Part shown: positions 18,402-27,576 of the stretch, piece after piece | Position numbering within the stretch: the stretch's first letter is position 1 | Layout: every line of letters begins with the position of its first letter | From: Candidatus Saccharimonadota bacterium | GTDB lineage: Bacteria > Patescibacteriota > Saccharimonadia > Saccharimonadales > Saccharimonadaceae | NCBI GenBank assembly: GCA_013316435.1 | Contig: WSMR01000001.1 | Location: 1 to 45,325, forward strand | Direction: 5' to 3' | Length of the DNA stretch: 45,325 nucleotides | Notes under the pieces: model-generated | What the model was told of the DNA's origin: nothing | Databases searched by the model: none | What the model saw: only the letters and a program-made list of their open reading frames with translations | Made by a program: the position numbers and the translations under genes

Positions 18402-19133
18402 CTATTTTTCTAAAAATTTCATAATTTCGACTGCAGTTTCATGTGGTTTTTCGTAATTATGAATATGACCAGTATTTTCGAGGAACACTAGTTCAGCGTC
18501 AAGTTTTTTAGCAAGCTTTCGGGTGTCTTTTTGGTGTACTAGACGGTCTTTTGCCCCAGCTAGTAGCAAAGTGTTTTTGTCAAAATCAAAATCAAGCACC
18601 CCATGACTAGCCGAGAATAGACCCGCACGCGCCATATCGTGGCGCGGAATTTTTGTCGCGCTTGTGCATTGATTGGTAATTTCAAGAATCTCGCGCAGCT
18701 CATTGCGATTTTTGCCAACATAAAGTACTCTCGTGGTTACATAATCAACTAATTTGCGCGGCAAATAAGCTGCCGCCTGTGACAGCATAGCTAGCGCTCT
18801 TGGAGTGCGCTTCGAGATGGGCGAAAGCAGAATAATCTTAGAGTTGATCGACTCGGGATAAGTCGCAGCGACACTTGCCGCCACAATTGAGCCCATGGAA
18901 TGACCGATCAAAACCGGCTGTTTTAATGAATGCTGGTCAATGTAATCTTTGACAAATTTTGCATAATTCGCCGGTGAATATTCTTCAAGTATTCCGGCGT
19001 CGGCAAACGGCGGTACTGCGGGAGCGTAAACTTTGTAACCATGCGCGCGCAGTTCCTTAGCGATTGATTCAACTCCAATCGGTGCGCCGCGATAACCATG
19101 TAAAAGTAAGATTCCAGGCTTCTTATTTTTCAT
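18402..19133 (-). CDS. alpha/beta hydrolase
   Basis: LLHG, GHSMG nucleophile, D and GH triad residues; ATG 19133 preferred as start. Confidence 0.88.
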   Translation of the reverse strand: MKNKKPGILLLHGYRGAPIGVESIAKELRAHGYKVYAPAVPPFADAGILEEYSPANYAKFVKDYIDQHSLKQPVLIGHSMGSIVAASVAATYPESINSKIILLSPISKRTPRALAMLSQAAAYLPRKLVDYVTTRVLYVGKNRNELREILEITNQCTSATKIPRHDMARAGLFSASHGVLDFDFDKNTLLLAGAKDRLVHQKDTRKLAKKLDAELVFLENTGHIHNYEKPHETAVEIMKFLEK

Positions 19134-19326
19134 TCGCCAGGGCACGTTTTATAGCGGGACGGTCAAACCCAACAATGCGTTCACTGCCAATCTCTGTGAC
19201 CGGCACCGCAGTAATATCTGGATCACCGCTTGCGTCAATTTCTTGATACTTAATATCTTGCTCGTCAAGCCATTCCATCAAGGCGTGGCAATATATGCAA
19301 GTTGGGGTAGTATAGACTTTGATCAT
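19123..19326 (-). CDS. glutaredoxin / NrdH-like redoxin
   Basis: CIYC, VPV, IVGFD. Confidence 0.85.
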   Translation of the reverse strand: MIKVYTTPTCIYCHALMEWLDEQDIKYQEIDASGDPDITAVPVTEIGSERIVGFDRPAIKRALANEK

Positions 19327-20522
19327 TTTTGCTCCTTTAGATATTTTTTGGCAGCAGTGAGTTGTGGGTCACGGCTGTGGTTCGTATCGTCATAAGTGAG
19401 AATAACTTCCTGATCGGGCTTAATGCCCTCGCCATTGATACTGGTGCCGCTAGGTGTATACCATTTTGCGGTTGTGACTTTGAGCAACGTATTGCCGGAA
19501 AGATTTAGTAGAGTTTGCACTACGCCTTTGCCGAAAGTTGTTTCGCCGATGATTGTAGCTTTATTATGGTCTTTGAGTGCGCCCGCAACGATTTCCGAGG
19601 CGGAAGCAGTCGCACCATTCACGAGCACTACGGTTGGAAAATCTCGCAGGATTGCTTGGTTGCGATTGGCATAAGTGACGTCTTCGCCCTCGTTTTTGCT
19701 CTTTTGGATAAGGACTTCTTCGCCATCAATCCAAAGCGAGACCAAATCTTTTGCCGCTGATACGTAACCACCACCATTGTTGCGCAGATCAAGAATAACC
19801 TTCTTCACGCCCTTTTTCGAGAATTCTTCCCCAGCGATTTTGCGGATATTAGCTCCGGTGTCATCATCAAATCTAGTCACAGTGATAACTGCAGTGTCAC
19901 CATCATAATCTACATATGCTGAAACATTATTAATAGTTTCGCGTTTCATTTTGAAAGTTTTTTCTTCGCCGTCGCGTACGACTGTGATTTCGACTTCGGT
20001 GCCAACCTCGCCGCGGATTTTATTGCTGATGGTATCGGAATCCTCAGCGTAAACTTCTTCACCGTCGACCTTAAAGATGATGTCGCCTGCTTTGATGCCG
20101 GCTTTCTCGGCTGGATTGTCTGGCAAAGTTCTCAGTACCCTAGTATAGCCATCGCGAAGCGCCATCACTACACCAATTCCCGAGCCAGCCTCGCCGTGCA
20201 GTGCATCCTGATATTCTTTGGCTTCCTCAGTGTCCATATATTTGGTGTAAATATCGCCTAGCGCATCGGTCATGCCTTTTTTTGCACCTTCGACCAGGGC
20301 GGTTTTGTCGATTTCGCCGTCGTAATGCACTAGTAGGTTGGAATAAACTTCATCGAGTGCTGACCAATCGTTGGTAGATCTAGCGCGGACACCAAGGTAG
20401 GGCAAAAAACTACTAGAGAAATTATTCCAACTAATTCCGGCAAACACCCCAATCGCGAGAGTGACCACGCAACCAATAATTGCGCCTCCTAGACTAACTC
20501 GCTTTTCGTCCCATTTCGACAT
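19323..20522 (-). CDS. S41 family C-terminal processing peptidase
   Basis: PDZ region, DLRNNGGG, TASASEI, TFGKG. Confidence 0.92.
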   Translation of the reverse strand: MSKWDEKRVSLGGAIIGCVVTLAIGVFAGISWNNFSSSFLPYLGVRARSTNDWSALDEVYSNLLVHYDGEIDKTALVEGAKKGMTDALGDIYTKYMDTEEAKEYQDALHGEAGSGIGVVMALRDGYTRVLRTLPDNPAEKAGIKAGDIIFKVDGEEVYAEDSDTISNKIRGEVGTEVEITVVRDGEEKTFKMKRETINNVSAYVDYDGDTAVITVTRFDDDTGANIRKIAGEEFSKKGVKKVILDLRNNGGGYVSAAKDLVSLWIDGEEVLIQKSKNEGEDVTYANRNQAILRDFPTVVLVNGATASASEIVAGALKDHNKATIIGETTFGKGVVQTLLNLSGNTLLKVTTAKWYTPSGTSINGEGIKPDQEVILTYDDTNHSRDPQLTAAKKYLKEQK

Positions 20523-20542
20523 AAAACTATTATAGCACGTAT

Positions 20543-21706
20543 TTATCTAAAATAGATATAACGATAAGCAGAGGCCGGTACATTATAGCGTGCACCGAAG
20601 TCGCCCGGGAGACCACTTTTTGAGCTGCTGGCGTTATTATATTCGGTCAGATTAACGGTCCCATTGCTATTGACGCTTTCAATCCATACGACATGTCCGT
20701 AAACTCCCGCTGTGCTGTAGCCCACGGTATGCGCCGCTGGGGTGCTGCTAACTTTGTAGCCACTTGCAACTGCTCCTGAGCCCCAAGTCTTAGCATTACC
20801 CCAAGAATTAATCACCACACCATAATATTCGTAAGCTTTCCAGCCCGCATAGCTAGTACACTGACAAACATAGCCGCCAATCACAGTACCGTTATTTAGA
20901 CGCGAAAGATAATTCGAGTCATCGCGTGGACAATTTGCCGCCCAAGGATAAGTGTTGACACCATCACCAACCGTACCGCCGCGGTTATTGCGGGCGATCT
21001 CGGCGGCGATTTCTTTTTGCATAGTTTCTCTTGCGGCAGCAGCGTCGCGCTCAAAAGCTGCCGAGTCATTTTCATACTTCACCCGAAGCGCATTTTGCTG
21101 GTTGCGCTTGGCGGAAATTTGATTGCGATTTTCTTCGGCTGAAGCAATCAAAGCGTCCATATTGATTTTTTGATTTTCGAGGTCATCTTTGATGGTCTTG
21201 ATTTGTTCCGCAGACGAAGCCACTTGATCTTTGAAATTGTTTTGACGACTTTGTTTTTCGGCCAAATCACCGAGCGATTCACTGCTCGCAAGTAGCGTGA
21301 TCGCATCGGTCTCGGATTCAAAGTGCATATCAACTAAAAGTTTTGCTAATGCGGCTTGTTGCAAATTTAATTTGTTTTGATTTTCTTCAATTTGTACTGC
21401 TAGCCCGTTAGCAACTTCTTGTTTCATTGCGATATCAGCTTCGAGAGCTGATATTTCTGCATTCAATTTTGCAACTTCATTTTCTAATGTGTTTGCTTGC
21501 TCGGCAAAAGCATTTGCGGTAGCTTGGGAAGATTGTGCACGGTCATATGCTTGATGGCACGCATCCGTAACACAAGAAGCTGGATACGCGTAAGTATTAT
21601 CATTATGCTGGAACAGCCAAAAACTGCCGCCAATCGAAATTCCTGCCAAAACCAAAACTGCCAAAATCGGGCGAAGACCAATTGTCTTGTGTTGTAGCTT
21701 ATTCAT
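20543..21706 (-). CDS. coiled-coil CHAP-domain peptidoglycan hydrolase (PcsB/CwlO-like)
   Basis: Signal/TM segment, long coiled coil, QCTSY, WGNA..W, YGHV, EYN; downstream of ftsEX. Confidence 0.88.
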   Translation of the reverse strand: MNKLQHKTIGLRPILAVLVLAGISIGGSFWLFQHNDNTYAYPASCVTDACHQAYDRAQSSQATANAFAEQANTLENEVAKLNAEISALEADIAMKQEVANGLAVQIEENQNKLNLQQAALAKLLVDMHFESETDAITLLASSESLGDLAEKQSRQNNFKDQVASSAEQIKTIKDDLENQKINMDALIASAEENRNQISAKRNQQNALRVKYENDSAAFERDAAAARETMQKEIAAEIARNNRGGTVGDGVNTYPWAANCPRDDSNYLSRLNNGTVIGGYVCQCTSYAGWKAYEYYGVVINSWGNAKTWGSGAVASGYKVSSTPAAHTVGYSTAGVYGHVVWIESVNSNGTVNLTEYNNASSSKSGLPGDFGARYNVPASAYRYIYFR

Positions 21707-21763
21707 AACTTTATTGTATAGTGTTTATGTTAAAAAGTAAAGTTGTTGACTCGGGTTTCTCAT

Positions 21764-21826
21764 TGTATTAAGCGCTTGATACAATGAAATCGGGCAAAAG
21801 TTCTATTGTATTATCCACCTAGTACA
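21764..21826. promoter_or_regulatory. second pair of YtrA-type boxes
   Basis: TGTATTA-N6-TGATACA (21764-21783) and TGTATTA-N6-TAGTACA (21807-21826). Confidence 0.6.
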
Positions 21827-21837
21827 GTTAAACATTG

Positions 21838-22875
21838 CTATTTCAGGTATTTCTTCATGGCGAGCCGAGCTGAAATCATCCCAACTAACATACCGATTGC
21901 AATCACGCCAAGATAAACTAGTACAAGCCGACTCGATCGGAGTAACCCATCTACTAGTGAGACGTCAACGCCGTATGAGACTAATCCGCCCCGAATCATA
22001 TCGAAACCGAAGTATGCCGCCGTAGCCGCCAGTACGCCCGAAATCGCTCCGCAGATTTCTGCTTCAACTAGGAATGGCCCGCGGATGAATCCAAGATCGG
22101 CGCCAACTAATTTCATCATATAAATTTCTTCTCGCCGTGAGAAAATCGCCATTCGGATGGTATTGAAAATCACCAAAATCGAAATTACCAGGAAGACGAC
22201 GCTTAGAATCAGACCACCATTTTTGGCAACGTTTGCCCATGAGGTAATAGTGGCGATTTCAGCTTGGTTTGTTTCGTAAGTCGGTTCATAACTACTGTCG
22301 AGATTTTCCTGGAAAATCGGATTATTATCAACAATGTACTTCACGCCCGAGAAATTATCCGGGTCATAAACCTTGATGCGCATTGCAGCGGGTAGTTTCG
22401 AAAGCGTTTGGTCGGACATCCCCTCAATTCCAAACACCGCCATAATACTTTCCTCGCCAGCATATTGGTCAAGCAAAGCTTGGTATTCGGCATTAGTATC
22501 GGAAATATCAATTGACTTTACGTTTTGCTCTGCGCGCATTGCTTCGGCAGCTTGTTCCAAAACTTCCCCACTCGTGCCTGGCGCGAAATAAACCGTAATA
22601 TCAATTTTTTGACGCATTGATTCGGCGGTTGCGGTTAAAATCAAACTTGCGCCGATTGTAATAATCAGAATAATCAAAGTAATCGTCATGACTAAGGTTG
22701 CGGCGATACTAAGCCAAACATTGCGCCGGAAACTGGCTGCACCATATTTTAAGACGCGACCAGCACTGCGCACCTTGCTAACGCTACTGTTTTCGACGAG
22801 CGTTTTGAGGTGTTCTTTTTGCTTGGCTTTGTTGATTTTGCGATCAGTTCGTTTTGTTAGTTTAGAACCCACCAT
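21838..22875 (-). CDS. ftsX: cell division permease FtsX
   Basis: 4-TM layout, NTIRMAIFSRREEI..MKLVGA...FIRGPF..E. Confidence 0.93.
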   Translation of the reverse strand: MVGSKLTKRTDRKINKAKQKEHLKTLVENSSVSKVRSAGRVLKYGAASFRRNVWLSIAATLVMTITLIILIITIGASLILTATAESMRQKIDITVYFAPGTSGEVLEQAAEAMRAEQNVKSIDISDTNAEYQALLDQYAGEESIMAVFGIEGMSDQTLSKLPAAMRIKVYDPDNFSGVKYIVDNNPIFQENLDSSYEPTYETNQAEIATITSWANVAKNGGLILSVVFLVISILVIFNTIRMAIFSRREEIYMMKLVGADLGFIRGPFLVEAEICGAISGVLAATAAYFGFDMIRGGLVSYGVDVSLVDGLLRSSRLVLVYLGVIAIGMLVGMISARLAMKKYLK

Positions 22876-22876
22876 T

Positions 22877-24043
22877 CTAAATTACCCTCCTTGCGCGTGG
22901 CCTAGGAATTGGTTTTTTGACGGCTTGACTGAGGCTCGGGGCAGGTTTTAGTTTTACGGTTTGACCGCCAGTAAGATTACTGAGTTTAGGTGCAGACTTA
23001 AGCGGTTTTGAAGCAGCATACCATTGGTTGGCCGAATCTTGGGCGAATTTCGGGGCTGGCATCGGATTTTTAGCGGTAGATTTTCTCACGGTTTTAGTCG
23101 AATTTTTTGCCGGCGCATTTTTTTTATTTTCGGCAGCCTTATTAGCCCGAGGCTTTGCTGTAGATTTTTTAGCACTTTTCACCCCTTTTACGGCAAGGTT
23201 ATCACTGAGCTTTGCGCCGACTGCCGGGCGTTTGTGCTCGATATAAATACCGTCTTCAATCGTGAAGCTGAGCCTTGCATCGGCAGCTGAACTTCTCGGG
23301 GCGGTACGGATAATTAGCGGCTCTTCTAGCTCGGCAACTACTGGTTCCGGTTCACTATCTAGCCGGTAAATTCCGTTCACTTTTTGGTCATCAACAATTC
23401 GCCCCGCTTTTAGGGTTACGACGCGCTTGCTCAGATTATTTACGATATTTTCATCGTGAGTCGTAACTAGCAAAGTAGTGCCAAAATCATTGATTTTTTG
23501 CAGTAAGTCGATAATTTCCTTGCGGGTTAGTTTATCAAGGTTACCAGTTGGCTCATCGGCAATCAAAATTTTCGGCTGCCGAGCCATACTACGAGCAATA
23601 CTGACGCGTTGGCGTTCGCCACCAGAAAGATGGGTTGGAAACTTGTGGGCTTTATCAGCTAGTCCAACTAGATCAAGCACTTTTGGTACGGTTTTTTGGA
23701 TTTCGCGATTGCTGAGACCGGCAATCTCTAGGGCAAACGAAACATTTTCAAAGACCGTTCGAGTCGGCAATAATTTATAGTCCTGAAATACTACGCCGAG
23801 CCGCCGGCGATAATGCGGAATGTGCCGCCGACGAACATAATCTAGGTCAATGCCGCCAATCACAATCTTGCCGGAATCAGGCATTTCCTCCTTTGTAATC
23901 ATTTTGATCAGAGTCGATTTGCCGGCACCGGACTTACCCACCAAAAAAACAAACTCATGCGGTTCAATATGAATTGAAACGTTGTCGAGCGCTGGATCTT
24001 CATCGCCCGGATAAGTTTTGGTGACACGATCAAGCAGTATCAT
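22877..24043 (-). CDS. ftsE: cell division ATP-binding protein FtsE with long C-terminal extension
   Basis: GKSGAGKST, VVFQDYKLL, LSGGE, ADEPTGNLD; precedes ftsX. Confidence 0.93.
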   Translation of the reverse strand: MILLDRVTKTYPGDEDPALDNVSIHIEPHEFVFLVGKSGAGKSTLIKMITKEEMPDSGKIVIGGIDLDYVRRRHIPHYRRRLGVVFQDYKLLPTRTVFENVSFALEIAGLSNREIQKTVPKVLDLVGLADKAHKFPTHLSGGERQRVSIARSMARQPKILIADEPTGNLDKLTRKEIIDLLQKINDFGTTLLVTTHDENIVNNLSKRVVTLKAGRIVDDQKVNGIYRLDSEPEPVVAELEEPLIIRTAPRSSAADARLSFTIEDGIYIEHKRPAVGAKLSDNLAVKGVKSAKKSTAKPRANKAAENKKNAPAKNSTKTVRKSTAKNPMPAPKFAQDSANQWYAASKPLKSAPKLSNLTGGQTVKLKPAPSLSQAVKKPIPRPRARRVI

Positions 24044-24067
24044 GCGACTATAATATCATAAGCTTTA

Positions 24068-25144
24068 TCAACGCGCAATATCCAAAAACGCCTCAATAAA
24101 CTCATCAATTTTCCCGTCTAGCACCGCATCCGGGTCTTTACTTTCGTGCTTGGTGCGGGTGTCCTTGACTAATTTATAAGGTTGCAAAACATAATTACGA
24201 ATCTGCTGTCCCCATTTGGCCGATTCGCCAGCGCGGAGCTTATTGATGCTCTCGGCGTTTTGTTCTTGTTGTAATTGCAGTAATTTACCACGCAAAATCT
24301 CCATAGCCTTCTCTTTATTCTGTAATTGTGAACGTTCATTTTGAATCGCGACAACGGTATTAGTCGGTAAATGGGTAATCCTAACAGCGGAATTGGTGGT
24401 ATTGACGCTTTGTCCGCCATGGCCACCAGCATGATATACGTCAATGCGTAAGTCTTTATCCTCGATCTTGACTTTTTCGTTGTCGGATACGACTGGCAGA
24501 ACTTCGACCAGCGCAAAGCTAGTCTGACGCAAATTATCGGCATTAAATGGCGACAGGCGTACTAACCGGTGCACGCCGTGTTCGCTTTTCAGTAGTCCAT
24601 AAGCATTTTGGCCGTGGATTTCGTAAACTGCGGTTTTGATACCCGCTTCCTCGCCCGCACTACGCTCAAGGCAGGTAACTTTAAAATCTTTATTTTCAGC
24701 AAAACGCAGATACATCCGCTCAAGCATACTCGCCCAATCCATCGCTTCAACGCCTCCAACGCCGGCAGTAATGCGTAAAATTGCATCGCCCGCATCAAAT
24801 TCGCCGGTAAACCGTAGCTCTTTTTTGAGCTCCTCGAGATTTTGCTCAAGAATTTCAATTTGGCGCTCAGCTTCGGTAATTAATTCATTGTCGCCAAGCG
24901 TAATAATTTCGTCAAGATCGGCAACCTGAGTTTTTAGAAGTCGCCAAGGTTGCACTGAGTTTGTGAGCTGACTAAGTTCGCGGTGTAGATTTTGAGCACG
25001 CTGTGGGTCTTTCCAAAGTTCTGGATCTGCGGTAATTTGCTCAAGTTCCTCCAGTCGAGCGAGTTTTTGGTCAAGTTGAAGTTTTTGCCAAGTGTCGGCC
25101 AGTTTTGCTGACAAGTCGCGCAGCCGTTTCTGTATACTCTCCAT
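24068..25144 (-). CDS. prfB: peptide chain release factor 2
   Basis: GVHRLVRLSPF (SPF), GGQ; continuous reading frame. Confidence 0.96.
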   Translation of the reverse strand: MESIQKRLRDLSAKLADTWQKLQLDQKLARLEELEQITADPELWKDPQRAQNLHRELSQLTNSVQPWRLLKTQVADLDEIITLGDNELITEAERQIEILEQNLEELKKELRFTGEFDAGDAILRITAGVGGVEAMDWASMLERMYLRFAENKDFKVTCLERSAGEEAGIKTAVYEIHGQNAYGLLKSEHGVHRLVRLSPFNADNLRQTSFALVEVLPVVSDNEKVKIEDKDLRIDVYHAGGHGGQSVNTTNSAVRITHLPTNTVVAIQNERSQLQNKEKAMEILRGKLLQLQQEQNAESINKLRAGESAKWGQQIRNYVLQPYKLVKDTRTKHESKDPDAVLDGKIDEFIEAFLDIAR

Positions 25145-25238
25145 ATAATATATATTATAGCACGAGTTCTAAGCGCAAAAATAAGTCTATCTCTCTATTG
25201 TATCACAAATTACGTAAGAAGTCAATGCCAGTTATGTT

Positions 25239-26519
25239 TTAGCACATATTTGCAAAGAAATTTTGGGCTGGATATTCAGCTAAATAATCAAAATCGCTAG
25301 CTGGAACTTCGAAGGGCAAATTAGCATAATCCTCAGCGCGGAGTTCATAAGCTTTGCGCAGTTCCTCAATTGTGCCAACGCATTCAAATGGTTTGATGAA
25401 ATTATCAATTCCAAGCAACCCCTTATAGATGTCGGTTAGGCTGGGCTTGGTGAATAATTCTTCCCCGCCAAAAACTGTTTGTAGCTGCTCGGCAGGTAAA
25501 AACGGGCAAAATAAGAGATAGCTATTGGCGCATTTGGCGCAATCGGCGCACCAAGACAGCTCTTGGTTTTGTTGTCCTTGCTGGTAATTGGCGCGGTTGC
25601 AGGAACTAAATTTGGCGCCAAAATCTTGCCAACAATTTTTTACAAAAAGTTCGGCTACCCGCAGCTCGCTGTATTTTCTGAGTGGCGAGCCAACATGAAG
25701 ATCCGGACTTATATACTTTGCCACGTATTCTGCTAGCAGCTGTTCAGCTTGCCAGGACTTTGACCATTGGTGATTGACCGCAAGATCGTCAATCCTAGCA
25801 TGGGCTTCGTTTCCCTCTTGGGCAATGCTGACGATAACGGTATTTTTGTGGTCGAGAATCGCTTGAATTAGCGCCAAACTTTCGTTGATATAAGTTACCG
25901 GGACATGACCATTCAAGCCATCGGATTTTCGCAATTTTTCTAAGTCGATTTCACGCACGATGATTTCGGGAGGAGTTTTCCAGCTGTCGATTATGGCTGG
26001 ATAAACTTTGGCGGGTGAATTTGCGGCGTACCACGGGGTAAATTCGATGCCAGCATTTTCTAGTAATTTCCCAACCAGTAGACTGTCTTTTCCGCCTGAT
26101 TGCAGCACGAGATTCCCCTCACCATCATACGGAAGCGATAAAGTGAGGGCTTCAATAGTCGGACCTTTCCCGTCAGTGGCTTGAAAATGTGCTAAATCTT
26201 CACGCGATAGATTATTTTCGAACGCGAATTGGCTCAGGCCTTCTTGGTAGACGTGATTAAAAAAGTTGGATTGCCAGCTGTCGATCTCGGTCGATAGTTG
26301 GACTTTGGCAGTCGGATGTGCTTTATAATAACTGGTGCCAATTATTATCCACGCAAGAAAAAGCGCCCGATCAAGAATTTCGAGGTTATTTTGGCTAAAT
26401 TCATCTGAACTTTTTGAAAAAGTGATTTTTTCAGTAAAAATAATTTCATCTGCACCCTGGTAGCGAAAAAAAGCTCGGTAGGTATCAGGATTAAAATTGT
26501 AATCTAGGAATTTAAACAT
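25239..26519 (-). CDS. murL: UDP-MurNAc-L-Ala-L-Glu epimerase MurL-like protein
   Basis: SYYKA, PP-loop SGGKDS, NGHVPVT, NHQWSKS, FSSCN, WC..C.KC, KPFECVG; ATG 26519 preceded by TGGTATAAT. Confidence 0.8.
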   Translation of the reverse strand: MFKFLDYNFNPDTYRAFFRYQGADEIIFTEKITFSKSSDEFSQNNLEILDRALFLAWIIIGTSYYKAHPTAKVQLSTEIDSWQSNFFNHVYQEGLSQFAFENNLSREDLAHFQATDGKGPTIEALTLSLPYDGEGNLVLQSGGKDSLLVGKLLENAGIEFTPWYAANSPAKVYPAIIDSWKTPPEIIVREIDLEKLRKSDGLNGHVPVTYINESLALIQAILDHKNTVIVSIAQEGNEAHARIDDLAVNHQWSKSWQAEQLLAEYVAKYISPDLHVGSPLRKYSELRVAELFVKNCWQDFGAKFSSCNRANYQQGQQNQELSWCADCAKCANSYLLFCPFLPAEQLQTVFGGEELFTKPSLTDIYKGLLGIDNFIKPFECVGTIEELRKAYELRAEDYANLPFEVPASDFDYLAEYPAQNFFANMC

Positions 26520-26577
26520 TATATATATTATACCATGGATAGATAATTGTTTGAAATTGATGACGCTAGGCAACATA

Positions 26578-26786
26578 CTCCTCTTGATTTTGTCTACACT
26601 GGCGGCTACTTCCCTTCGGGCTCGCTGGTCAATGAGGGGTCACACGGCTACTACTGGTCACGTACGGCTTACTCCGGGGAGGGGGCTTACAACCTGTTCT
26701 CCGGTAGCTCCTTTGTCTACCCTCAGAATGGCTATGGTCGTGGCTACGGTTTCGCTCTTCGCTGCGTCGGGAGGTGAGAGAGGAGA
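26578..26786 (+). repeat. variable-repeat-like cassette A4
   Basis: PLDFVYTGGYFPSGSLVNEGSHGYYWSRTAYSGEGAYNLFSGSSFVYPQNGYGRGYGFALRCVGR*; one codon shorter than A1. Confidence 0.9.
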
Positions 26787-26788
26787 TG

Positions 26789-26990
26789 TCTCACCCTCCC
26801 GTACCACACAGCGAACGGCAAAACCGCGCCCGCGGTAATAGTTACACTGAGGGTCGACACCCGTCGGGTCCGTACCCAAGTAGCGACCGTTTGTAGCAGA
26901 GCCAGCAGTAGTAGACCACCAGTAGCCATAGGTGACGCGTCCGAAGATGTAGCCATCCGAGCGCTCGTAGAAGCCCGTACGGAGAAAGTT
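26789..26990 (-). repeat. variable-repeat-like cassette B3
   Basis: Identical to B2 except one G missing in the terminal GGGAGGGGTGA. Confidence 0.92.
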
Positions 26991-27069
26991 AGGTTTCTGC
27001 TTGGATTCAATAAGTGAAACTATGAAAAACTGTACATGCGGGCTAGCTCGTGATATAATAAAACTATTA

Positions 27070-27146
27070 GGGCGGTTAGCTCAGTTGGCTAGAGCGCGTC
27101 TTTGACGTAGACGAGGTCAGAGGTTCAAATCCTCTATCGCCCACCA
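27070..27146 (+). tRNA. tRNA-Val(GAC)
   Basis: Acceptor GGGCGGT/ATCGCCC, anticodon arm CGTCT-TTGACGT-AGACG, GGTTCAAATCC T-arm, encoded CCA. Confidence 0.96.
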
Positions 27147-27153
27147 CGTAAGG

Positions 27154-27180
27154 TAAATCCGCGAGGATTTATTTTTGTTT
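27154..27180 (+). terminator. terminator after tRNA-Val
   Basis: taaatcc-gcga-ggattta followed by a T run. Confidence 0.65.
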
Positions 27181-27186
27181 GATGAT

Positions 27187-27467
27187 CTCTCACCCCTCCC
27201 GTACCTAGGGACTAGGCAATCCGAGTAAAAGAAGTGCTACGCACTTCTTTTTGAGGATGCCGCTGTCCCGCTGAGCGATAGCGAAGTTACTAGAACGGCA
27301 AAACCGTACCCGCGGTAACCGTTACTCTGAGGGAAGACAATCGTCGGGTACGTACCCAAGTAGTGACCGTGAATAGCAGAATCAGCAGCAGACCACCAGT
27401 GGCCAAACGTGACGCGTTCGTTGATGAGGCCATTCGAGCGATCGTAGTAGCCCGTACGGAGAAAGTT
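27187..27467 (-). repeat. variable-repeat-like cassette B4, interrupted by an 89-bp hairpin insert
   Basis: NFLRTGYYDRSNGLINERVTFGHWWSAADSAIHGHYLGTYPTIVFPQSNGYRGYGFAV, then insert 27205-27293, then GTACGGGAGGGGTGAGAG. Confidence 0.88.
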
Positions 27468-27576
27468 TGTAATTTTTGACGCTTTTAATTATTTTTTTGT
27501 GCGATATGTTATAATTAACCTACCAGAAACATGAGCGGAATACCGCACTGGCATTAATCACTTAACAGGAGAACAT

